The position numbers and the translations under genes were made by a program. A stretch of 59,352 nucleotides of DNA, filler included, from Dirinaria sp. TL-2023a (Eukaryota): the NCBI GenBank assembly GCA_051941275.1. It is 4 parts of 4 records of this genome, joined end to end, with 100 filler letters (N's around TTAATTAATTAA, not from the genome) between each part and the next. Parts side by side here need not be neighbours in the genome. Positions count along the whole stretch, not along the records: positions 29,743 to 44,506 come from JAVEBF010000584.1; positions 44,607 to 59,352 come from JAVEBF010000585.1; 2 more parts are not named here. The stretch is one strand, 5' to 3'. Shown here piece by piece: positions 36,796 to 48,100 of this stretch; the stretch's first letter is position 1; the number at the start of each line of letters is the position of its first letter. Under the pieces are notes generated by a model that was not told the origin of the DNA, ran no database searches, and was given only the letters and a program-made list of their open reading frames with translations.

Positions 36796-38890
36796 GAGAT
36801 GGGACGAATCAAGGGCAGCAGGTGTTGTGGTGCTTCGAAACAATCAGCGCACGATTGACAGCTGCACTGTTTTCGCACGCGCGACGCTGCGGCGCTGGAA
36901 GCCAAAGCAAGAGACCCCGGGTCAATCTAGTTGGGATTAGTCAGGACGTTAACAAAGTCTGTGAATGGCCTAAAGTAGAGAAAAAGAGGTGGGTTCGCCC
37001 GATGATTGGAAGAAAAGATGTCCAGTGACGGGCGTAATCTGCGACGCGGGGGCCCTACCGAAAACGAGTATTGGACGATATTCGTGCGTAGCGCTGCAGC
37101 CCTGTTGGCACATAAGTCTCGGAACGCCAATCTCGAACTTCATTCCGCAAGATCCTGTCAGACGGCGCTCTTACCTAGTAGCAGTAGATGTATTCAAAAG
37201 TCTCGAAATGATTTCCAGAGGTTTTAGACCTTTGAGTTGCCAAAACCCCCTCTGCGAATGGTGCTTCTTTAGGCCGCGTCCCGGTTTGGGCCTCTGTGCA
37301 GCAGCACTGCCGTCACTCCGTCAAGTGTGTTGTCAGATTTGCCTCGCTAGCACGCTGATTGTAAGGCTTAGAGAGCCAACGGTACTCCGAGGTGTTCTGA
37401 AGCACGACGCGAAATATATGACCGATCTTCCAAGCCAGTTTCCTGGTCCTTGACCAATTGATAGGACTTTAGGCCGAGATACCGTAGCTTTGAGGCGATG
37501 TTTCAAACTCGGCAACCTAAGCGGATTTCGAGTTCGTCGAAAGCCACTACCAACGACGTCGGCTGGTGCCACTTGTGGCCTCGACGCAAGCGGGCACTAT
37601 GGCAGCAACGATCCTGTAATGGCAGATCCATTAGCATTGGTCGCCTTCCTCGATTCCCGAAGGTACGTGGACATTGGACTGCAATGGGAAGACGCAATTC
37701 TGCTGTGATTGAAAATTGATGCGTTGGCAGTGCATAGGGTAGCGTCAATCACGCAGCGGAAACCCACCTTGGCCGGTCAATCCCACGACAGTCCTCTATT
37801 TTTGCCGCCTTCCTCTTGGGTCAGTGCCGAACGGTGATTGAAGGTGTATATATGAGTAATTTGCTAGATATGGCAGTGAGCGCGTCGGCGGGGTTTATCA
37901 GCTGAATACAAGCGCTTGTAACGCGGTCGGGTATTCGATCTAATAATGTCTTGCAGGCTCATGCGACAGCCGTCTTCGGATTGGCCACAGCAATGGGAAG
38001 GGCAGCAATCGTCGGTCTCTGGGGATCAGCTATGCGAAGCTGGATTAGCTGCGTCATTCTTTTTGTTCGTCGCGTCGGGAGTTTGGCGTTTGCCTTCTTC
38101 GGCCCCACGCCTTGAGGCGCAAAGGGCCTGCCAAGGACAGACGGAGAAGCTGGCGACGAGCGGGAGAGCATGAATGGACGAACCTTTTTGAAACACACGC
38201 TGAGGCTGGAGCCGAGCACTTGTGTTGACGGCGAAACGTGGGCCTGGGACTCGCTGCCAGTCAGGTGATTGTTTTGGGTGGTGGGTTTGTATCCTACTGG
38301 TTGGGACCAGTCAAATGTGAATGTGTGGTGTTGCGGGGGGGGGTTAATGGGCGAGTGAGATCATGTGCTGCAGCGCGATAGGTCCGTATCGGAATGCAGT
38401 AGGTCCAGTTTAAGCTGGTCGAGTAAGTCGATCTGCCGGGGGAAAAAATGGAATGTGAGTGGACAGTGTTGTTTTTTTTTGGGCAGTTAGGAAGTCGATG
38501 ATTGGAGTGCAGAGCGAGCCAGTGATGAGGTTGTGTTGGCCTTCCAGAGATTTGGGGCGGAGAGTGGAAGCTTACTTTAGACCCGTGGCCGGTGTGGGGA
38601 GAGAAAATTGGGGGGGGGAAGCAGGAGGATTCTGATTGGTGACCCCAAGCAGCCGTGGGCCGAAGAAAAGAATATGTAATCAATTCAACACAAGAACATT
38701 GTCTTTTTTTTCTTTTCAGTAATAAATTTTGAAAGGTGGGAAGGGAGAAAATAAGGTAAGGTGGAGAAAAATGACAGTCACAATAATAACAAATCAACGT
38801 AACCTTGGATGATTATTAGTATTTCTGTGGGGAAAATACTTTACTAAAGGATAAAAGGGTTCGATGATGCGTGCACGAGGCAGGGCCACA

Positions 38891-38978
38891 CACCAGCACC
38901 AGCACCAGCACCAGCACCAGCACCGGCCGAGGCAAATCAAAAATGTCGGTGAGGGTCCTGAGGGTCCTCTGAGGGTCC
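38891..38978. repeat. (CACCAG)n hexamer repeat followed by three GAGGGTCC copies
   Basis: Read directly: caccagcaccagcaccagcaccagcaccagcacc, and gagggtcctgagggtcctctgagggtcc at ~38951-38978. Confidence 0.8.
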
Positions 38979-40896
38979 CTTAACTCCCTTCTCCAGCCTC
39001 TCCAGCCTCCTTCTTTCTTTCCTGCTTTCGCCGATTCCGACTCCCGGCGCCTAAATGGAAGGTTAACTCTCCTCGACCCTGCACATCATCTCTTCCGCTC
39101 TCGTCCATGATTTCCATTTTCAATCAAATTCGGTTTCCCATGTCGCTACGAGTGACAATAATCGATCTGTACATACATCAAGGATATCGAGCGCCTTGCA
39201 TGTGTGGAGCTTTTCCTTTCATTATTATTATGATGCTAATGTGGTGACCATCACCTCATCTCGGAATGTTCCTCTTGTGGAAATCCTGTCCCGCAATCAT
39301 CATGGAACATTACCCCTTCCCACCATATTAATCTCCGTCTTCAACTACATCATCTACTCTACAAGACCATGGATGACTGCAATAGCCGCTCAGCCATTCG
39401 AATGTCTTGCCGCGCTCGTCGGGGCTCCCACCCTGGAGCTGCATCAAACTTGAGGGTGAGACGGGGATCATTCATTACCCTGTACAATAATGCTTTCATG
39501 CAAGCAAGATTACATCCAAGAGCCACGTTGAGGATGTGGCGTTGAAACAATGCCGTGCCCTTCTGATTCAGGTTGCTACAGATTCTCATCCCAGGCCACT
39601 TGGTTAAGTGTGGACTTCATCAGTAGAAGCAGCCACAACTATCTGGGGTATACTAGAAACATGCCGTGCGTGAAAGCCAAGGGGCATGGCGAGTGGTTTC
39701 TGGAATAACTTAGTTCATTTCTAATTGTGGACTGCAACCAATCGGTTTATGCCTCAGATGTCCAGTAACGGCCCTTGTCCCACGGGCCACAGGAGCCTTA
39801 TTCTCCTCGTCTAAGCGCCGTGTACATCTTGATTGCTGATTGGGTGTTCCCTGTAAATTGTATGGGGATACTCGTTACGTCGGAGAGTTGCTGGCGTCCA
39901 AGCCGTGCTGCATCGTGCCCCGTCCTCACTGTAAGATCCAGTCCTCTACCGAGAGGCTTGGCTCTCACTTACCTTACTTATCCAAGTTCGCATATTTTTT
40001 CCCAATGTTCTCACGCCTGGCTCATCATGGTAAGTCCTGGGGTGAGTGTCGTTGGATTCTCCAGATGTGTTTGCTACTTACGTTGCTTGGGACTAGCAGA
40101 CTCATATGAATGCGGAAAATACATGTTACCCTTCCCTAGACCACCCAACTCAGCGGGACACTATCTCTGCTGTCTTACCTTACTCTGCTTCATAGATATC
40201 CTCGTCTATGGCAAATCTAGGCTAAGCCTACTGTCTTGACGATTTGCGTGGTCATTCTTCATTTGGAGATCTCTTTAACTGTTTCAGTGTTCGCGCTTCA
40301 TAAAATGGCCCAGAGCGAGCCTTTTACTTGCTGCTTCCCTTTTCCTGTGCCCGGGGTGATCAGCTCTCCGTGACGACAGACAAGAGCCTTGTTTATAGTA
40401 AAGGGTGAATGGATGGGAAAAGATACAGGCATTCCATCCTTCACGGGTTATGGAAGGAGATATAGCTAACTTTAAGAATGGACACCACTTGCAATTCGTC
40501 TCAAATAATAACATGGCGCGAAAGATTTGGTGCCAATCAGACAAAGGGATAGCAGAGATGGAAAACTTGATCGACAAGCATCCGAAAGTGATCTGAGCGA
40601 GAGCTGGCAGATTTATAAATCAAGAATGCTGATCATGGTCTTCTGGTACGAAGAAACATTTCGAAGGTAAAATGTGATGTCACGCCAGTGCATTTGCTTA
40701 CGGAATCGTGGTAATGAAGGAAGTGTACTCAAGTCGCCATGGCCATCTTTGCAAGGCACGTGAGCATACGTGGAATCAGCCGCTGAGAATGGATCTGCAA
40801 GATCATGTATGAAAATCCTTGCAGAAGAGCTCTGCGCGATCGAAAACCTTCAAAGACTTAGACCGCATAGGGCTCATCCTCCCAGATAATTGTTAG

Positions 40897-41619
40897 TCAT
40901 GGAAGGATCTTCAGTGCCTGCTTAGATCGGTGGGCCTTCTGAGAGATGATGGGTGGCTGTGCATCTTCACTTTCCATCGCGTCAAGCACAGAGCGTTCAG
41001 TGGGCCGCTTGCTGGCGTCTGAGGCTCGGATATCCTTGCACACTTCATGATCCTTCTGCGCTGAAAATAACGCATCCTAAGCGCAAGCATCCACGATTGA
41101 GCTCTAGACAGCTTGCTGTAGATTTTCGCTAAGGAACTCGGATGACTTGTCGCCTCTACGACGGGCAATCGATCCTTCCCCAGCATAAGGTGCAATTGGA
41201 TTCTTCGCTCCAGCCACCAACGACGATTTTTTGTCAATTAAGAAGAGCTTCTGGAACACGATCGAATCATTCGTGACATTTCGACTAGACCATATTTTCC
41301 ATTTTACTTCTAGTCCCATTCTTATGCGCAGCGTGGAATGCTCGGAAACATTTACTGAACTCTAGAGGTACAAAGGGGAAATTCCATCCCCTCCACAGAG
41401 ATAGGTGACTGTGGGAACTGCCATGACCGGAGCTTGTACACTGAGAGTATTTTCGGATCCTAACATGAAGACGTGTGTGAACACAGAATCTGCTGGCATC
41501 AGCACTTGCAGTACATCACGACCAACATTTTGGGGGACGCACGCCAGATCAGCTGTGGCGTCACAGTACGCGGCGAAGCTTTGCAACTCTTCCTTAGAGT
41601 ACAACGAGACATTGCTCAC
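40897..41619 (-). pseudogene. Decayed ORF (~240 codons) broken by three in-frame TAG codons; product unknown
   Basis: ORFs 41619-41362 and 41319-41104 share a frame. That frame runs from ATG 41619 to TGA 40897 with stops only at TAG 41364-62, 41106-04 and 41079-77. Confidence 0.4.
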
Positions 41620-41885
41620 ATTAGGCTAGGCTGTGCTCGACTAAGTTACATCAAGATCTGAAACATGTCAAATCAGTCCGTCAAGCTGAAGGTCTGCATC
41701 TGTATTTTTGTTACACTTGACAGTTGTCCACCCGAAACACTCAATAGCTAGTCGCCTGACCATCGGAGACCTAGCTGCGCAGTGGACCTGGAAGACACAT
41801 GTAGTACTCACATGCTACATGAAGAATGTTGTGCGACCCAAGCTGTGAAAGAGACAGTCTGGATTTGTTCGGATTCGAATCGCCA

Positions 41886-43095
41886 CTATTGTTTGGCTTC
41901 GGTTTTCATAGGGACCTTAGCACTGTCATCCCGAGTTGTCCATTCAGTAGGGACCAACGACCGGAGTCTCAAGATCATGCCAACGCCTATGTCTGAACCG
42001 ATTTTGGATACATTCTTGATGGCCTGATCAAAAATGCCGTTCAGCGCCGGAAGAGACGCAACGATCGTTGCGAAGAAAATGTCGACAGTGTCGAGTGCAT
42101 AGAGCGTATACAGATCAACTTGAACACCGATCATCAGCACAAAGAAATGTTTCTTCGTGGCATGAGACAATCCTACATGTATCATCTATCCCACGCGCTT
42201 TGCTCTGCCACAGTGCAGTTCTCACGATGCATGCAAAAAGGGAGACAAGGCCCAAAAGAAAGACCACCATTAACCGTATCCTTCGAGAGAGAGAGAGATA
42301 TGGAATTTCCCTATGATGATCAGTGGCACAGGGAGGAGCATCAAGTCGGTGAGCATATGCGTATATCGCATAAATAGCACCACTTCAATTCCATCTGGGT
42401 GGGGCATGCATCTAATCTCCGTTGCCTTAGAAAGTTTTCCTATAGCTTTGGGACTGAACGACGACGCGATCGGCGAGCACCTGAAGATGTAGAGCGCAAT
42501 TGACATGGTTGCGAGGCAGATGAGCAACGCGAGGTATGTCCAGTGGAGAATTCGCCATTTTTTGGAAGTTAAGCCAGTTATCCGTCGATTTGCGAGAGTG
42601 ATGGAAATCTTGGCACAGAAGACTGTGAAGATGAAAACCGGTTGTGATACATTATCTAGCTGGCCTGGAATTAGCTATGTTGAATACAGACTTCGAAGCA
42701 ATCGCCAATCTGACCAGCCAGAGCCAGCTGTATCCGCGATAGGTACACGCATATATGTGCTGTCCTACGCATCCTGCAACCTCTTGCACAATTTCCACAC
42801 AAAGGTAAGTCACGCAGCCCACGGCTGCGGGGATGATAAGGATATCATCAACGCCAAATGCGCGCAGATAAAATTTGCGTACCCATAGACGAGCAGTTGT
42901 GATGATGAAAGCGAAAAGGATGGCGAATGCAGCCCCCACGATCATACCAGGGGATCTTGTCTGTTGAGGCGCACCTTGCACTCCGGCCGCCTGTATGAAC
43001 TCGAGGAAGCTGGAGTTGGCGCCACCGAGGGCCTTATATATCAGCTCGTCATCGTTGGAGATAGGCTGCGCCCCTAAAAGAGCGGAGTTAGGCAT
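41886..43095 (-). pseudogene. PTH11-like (fungal rhodopsin-domain) integral membrane receptor, frameshifted. Exons 43095-42715, 42659-42177, 42118-41886
   Basis: ARLWVRKF...FGVDDILII, GCVGQHIY, AKISIT, FRCSPIA, TDLMLLPVPL, then after a frameshift RRIRLMVVFLLGLVSLFACIVR and IVASLPAL. Spliced length is 1097 nt = 3n+2; the excess lies in the (TC)7 tract at 42285-42298. Confidence 0.82.
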
Positions 43096-44506
43096 GATTG
43101 CAGATAAAATGGAGCTTCGATGGCCTTGGAAATATACAGTGCCCTTTCGACAATAATCCAGGTTCGGAAACGACAATTTCTAAGAGATGACTCCATGATT
43201 ATAAGCATTTCAACGTTCTACTTGAGCTGGGAAGCCGCAAGATCGCCAACGGCAAAGTAATAAATCCAGCTGCAGGTAGCCGTGGACTTTTACCAACCAT
43301 GAAGCGAAGCCACGATTATGCACACAGCACACTCCAGTGCTAAATCCGACGTGACGATGCCAGCCATTTGCATTTTCGTACTCAAGTTGCTTTCGAGTTT
43401 ACTGCAGACGCGCTGTGCCGTGAGGCGTACAAGGCAGTTTGACGAATGCAGTCCATTCTGGGTTTATACAAACACGCCTCAGTTGGAGCCAAATGGTGAT
43501 TGTGTGATGAGGAAGCCCTGTTATTCACCGATTTCCGCCAGGAGGAACCGCCGGCATGACGTCCTTCATTAAAATTCGTATAACGTACATAAGAGGTCTC
43601 GACGCTCTTCAAAGCACCAAAGCCTTCAACAGGAAAGCATGTTTGACGTCATCCAAAATCGCTCCGTTTCTAGCTATTCAGGGAGGCGGAACAAAAGTTC
43701 AGAGTAGGTAACGAAACATGTTGGACGCCAATCGAGAGCGAAAGACTGACCAATATGCTTGCAATGTGCGATGCTCTCGAAGGTTTCTGCTTAACGGGAA
43801 TTGATTATGACAAACATGCGCTCGGACGTGGTCTAGGCTCATCCCGTTGATTGCTCTAGGCCTTTAAATATGCATACGCAGGTGAGTGTTTTTGACAGCC
43901 TTGCCATCGCATGGTCACATACGCCATACCTAACCTCTATATCTCTCTAAACCGTTCGGAGAAAGTTCCCAAAATAGTTCGGGCTCTCGTCACTACTTGC
44001 TAAAAATCTTCCGTTGAGTGTTCGTGTATCTCGGTTGGCTGCATCACAGTGTTTCGATCCGCATCCAGGCAGTCGACATATGTATACGAGTGTACTCCGC
44101 ACGGGTTCTCCCAGAAGATGAAACGCTCAATTCATCACTATCGGAACTGATTTAAGTCGACGATAAACAAACTCTATTGCAATGCCGCCAACGCTTTTTT
44201 CTCAATATTACTGTAAGAAACCTCCTCGTCATTCCTCGACCTGAAAATTTCCCTTTCTCCTTCATTCTCCATCCACCTTTTCAGTCATTTCTCCTAGCCC
44301 ATTAACCACGATTCTCCTTTTCCCCTGTACAAGTCCAGCCAAATCTACCCTTGTCTCACAGCTACAACTTCGTGCAAGCAATATTTATTCACCGAACGAG
44401 ATCCTTTCCAACACCTACCAAGGCACCCCTGCATACCCCCCTACTCTTCCAATTCTTGCACCTATACCCTTCGGAATCACCCTTAGAACTATAGAACAAC
44501 ATCCCC

Positions 44507-44606
44507 NNNNNNNNNNNNNNNNNNNNNNNNNNNNNNNNNNNNNNNNNNNNTTAATTAATTAANNNNNNNNNNNNNNNNNNNNNNNNNNNNNNNNNNNNNN
44601 NNNNNN
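44507..44606. other. Scaffold gap with artificial TTAATTAATTAA spacer
   Basis: N-run with central spacer. Confidence 0.97.
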
Positions 44607-45150
44607 CGATCCATTCCCCAAAATCTTCCCCCACCTGCGGAAATTACAGAACCCAGTCAGCATGAAGATATATCAATCCATTACCCACCTCCACCACACC
44701 CTACGTTTCCCAAAAACAGTACCATCTAAGGACAAATTAGACCTCTCCACACAATCCCCCCCGCACGAAACATGCTTCGCATCAGCGAAAGGAAAATACA
44801 GATCCCCGGTGCCTGCATCAATGTTAACAGGTCCTGCATGCATACAGAAAAACACCAGGATTTGGGCTCCCCCAATGAAGCCTTTTCAGGTGTAGAATGG
44901 TATTGATAGGTGTAGTACTATTATTATTGTAAAGTGAAGAGAGAAAAACTGTTGGTACACAGCGATTGCCAAAGAAGGCTTATAAAGTGCTCGGTATTGA
45001 AAAAAAAAAAAAACACTAAGAATGGCCAATTATTGTACAAGCATGAACATTGAACAGCATTCGTCACAACGTGATACATGATACAAGATTAAATTTGCGC
45101 TGAAGAAATAGAAATAGAGATAGCCCGTCGAGGATCTATAAGCGAGACAT

Positions 45151-48100
45151 TCAAAGCTTGCTGTCCGACCACCTCGTGCCATCTCTCAGCTCATGCACAC
45201 TCTCACTCCCATCCCGCTTGCCGGGATCCACGTACGAAGTCCCGTCCCTCAATTCGTGCCTTAGCACACTGCTCCTCGTCTTCCTAACCCGTGCCGCCTC
45301 GCCACTCCTACCTTCAGATCTATTGTCATCGCGACCATTCTCAGGAACTGAATCCAAAAACGCCTGGCGATCAACGGTGCCCCACCAATCCCACAGGCCG
45401 CGCGCAAAGCCGCGTTCCTCGGCGCCGAACTCGACCGGCGGACCTTGGACATGCGGTTCCTCGCCTTTTCGGAACAAGGCCCAGGCGCTGCTCTCGGTGC
45501 TGAGGAGAGATAATTTCCTGCGATAGCTGACGACGCGGAAGTTGCGGAGGAGGACCGCGTCGCCGGGGATAGGGGCGGGGAAGGCGAATTTTGAAGGGCG
45601 GAAGATGCGTGCTGAGGTCACGGAGTGGGGAGGGGAGGATGATGATGATGATGATGATGGATCAGTGATGTAGAGGGTCGTATGGTAATCCTTAGGCCCT
45701 GATGTTGCACGCTCTACAGGCATTGATGCGATTACCAAGACTAGCACAGATGTGGTGGAGTTGTAGTGCGAACGGAGGGAGGCGAGGGGCGCGTAATAGG
45801 AGAGGGATGTTCGAAAGCCGGTCTTCTGCTCTAATGGCGTGGGCGGTGGAGATGAAGATGGTAGACGTGCCGAAGTGATGTCCGCGACCTTGCCGGCAGT
45901 GCGTGGTAGAGTCGGCTCGTTATCTGGCTCGCTTTCGCGTTCAACCTCACTGCTAACGTCGCCGTCTCTGCCGGTCTCTTCTCCTACGCCTGGCACATCG
46001 TCATGGTCGGTCTCGGTCACGAGCTGGCTGGATCGTCTGGGCCCAAACCACGGGTTGACTGCGGAAGGAGTATCCTGGATTAAGCTCGCTCTTCGTTTCT
46101 TCGCAGACTCGCTACGCATTTCTTTCATTTTCTCTATCAGTGACACTTTGCGGGATGGAGCGGGCGTTGCTGGAGGCACAAGCTCTAATCCTTTCTGGAT
46201 TGAAATGTTTGAAGTGTCCTTGTTTGGTGCTTCTTCAAATTTCGTGTCGGAAGTCTTCTCAACTGGTGACTCTAAGATACGCTGGGATGGTGGGATATCT
46301 GAGGTCTTCTGAGTCAATGTTGGTGTAGGAAGTGTTTCATCCTGGATCCCTCCTGAGACCATCTCCTCTGCTTCGTATTCCAGTGGTGTAACAGAAGGTT
46401 CCGATCTGACCTTGGTTACTTGCGTAGTAACTGGTGTTGGAAGCTGACTCCGATGTTCTAATTCCTCACGCAAATCTTGCAAGCTCAGCTCTTCTATTGG
46501 CTCATCATCGGAATCGTTGATGGGAAGCAACATGTCGTCTTCTTCTATCTGCTGACGGTCCCCTTCAGCATTTGGACCCAGCGCTGCTACTGGGCGATAC
46601 TCAACTTGAGTGTCTGGTATTTCTTGGGGAAGAGGCTTTGTTGCCCTCATCGTTACCTGCGTTTGGATGACATTAGGATCGGCTTCTGGTAATGAATCTG
46701 CTCTTTGCGTGGAGAGGGAAGATGCAGGCACAGGCTCAGGAGTGACACCGCTATCAGCATGATCTGGAATGATTTGTCTCTCTTCCTCTCGCGACACAGG
46801 TGGGTTAAGTTCAGATATAGCCTGCAAAGGATGGTGGGACTTCAGTAGAGTCTGAATGTTTGGGTCAATTCGCTGTGACATTTCCTTTTCTTCCGACAAC
46901 AATTGAGCGTCTGGAAGCTCAGTTTCTGTGAATCCGGCATCTTCTGAATACGTATTATGTATTTCGCGCTTGGGACTTATCTGAACCATGTCGCGGTCTT
47001 CGACGGTCGACTTCTCAACCTTGTCTCTTTCGAGTTCTGTAAAATCATCGGCTTCTGACTCGGTCTGAGGCTGCGCTTTTGAGAGCTCAGGGTATTCCGT
47101 TTCCTCTTGCTTGACATCCTGCTTCACAACGTTCGTATCGTACATCGCAAGCCCACTTTGCGGGAGTTCAGGATACAGCGGTGTGACTTCTTGAGATTTG
47201 ATTGCTCTGGTATCGCTTGGTACTGCAGGCTTTTCATCCTCATCGCTTTCAAGGTCAATGATCTCGACTGCTGAGCTCGTTGCCCCAGAGACTGTGCGCA
47301 CAGTAGTGTCGAACTTCTCGACCACTTCGTCAGGTTGCAATGAATTATTGTCGTAGGCCATTTCATTATCATTACCATCTTCAATGTCTTCATCTTCCTC
47401 CTCGTCCTCGTTCTCGTCCTCCTCCCCTTCTTCTTCTTCTTCTTCTTCTTCTTCTTCTTCTTCTTCTTCTTCTTCTTCTTCTTCTTCTTCTTCTTCTTCT
47501 TCTTCCTCTTCCTCTTCTTCGCTCGGCAGAAGCTCTTCGAGCTCACTGCTAAAATCTACTTCTTCGCTCATGTTATCCTCTTTGCTCCAGTAGTCGCCTG
47601 ACTCAGATCTCGTCATCTCCTCCAAGTCCTCGCTGCGAATTCCGTTTCCTTCGTCTACTAACGCACCCTCGCTGAGAGCTACTGTGCTCGCAATTGCAGA
47701 GGGGGCTGGAACAACCTTATCGTCAATTGTATTATGCACAGCTGTAGGTTTCACTCCCAGTTGGATGCTAGTATTGCGTTGCTCTGTTATTTGTTTTCTT
47801 GAGGCGATTAGGTTTTCCTCCTTTGCGGCCGTTACATCTTGAAATGAAGAATCATTGCTGAGTTCCTTACGGGGCTGGATTGAATCACCTTGAACTGAAG
47901 CATTTGAATAGGAGTCTTTATCAAGCGTAGCTTGCTCTTCTCCAGACTGTTGAGCAGAAGATGGTTGCTGGCCATTTGCTCCCCGTTGAAGATGTTGAAA
48001 TCCATGTTGACCTACGGATACGATTGGAGTAAGTTTAGATTGCTCGTTTTCGCCTGCTTTGCCTTGAGTTTCCAGCGATTGGTTTTTGCTAGCTGGAATC

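Noticed and set aside
40027..40600. ATG directly followed by a GTAAGT donor, suggesting a hidden plus-strand gene
   Set aside because: The acceptors tried lead to early stops; no recognisable product.
44607..44895. Short ORFs next to the third gap
   Set aside because: No recognisable motif; cannot be judged because the adjoining sequence is missing.
47124..47593. Poly-Lys, poly-Leu and poly-Ser ORFs
   Set aside because: Alternative-frame shadows of the (GAA)n poly-Glu tract.
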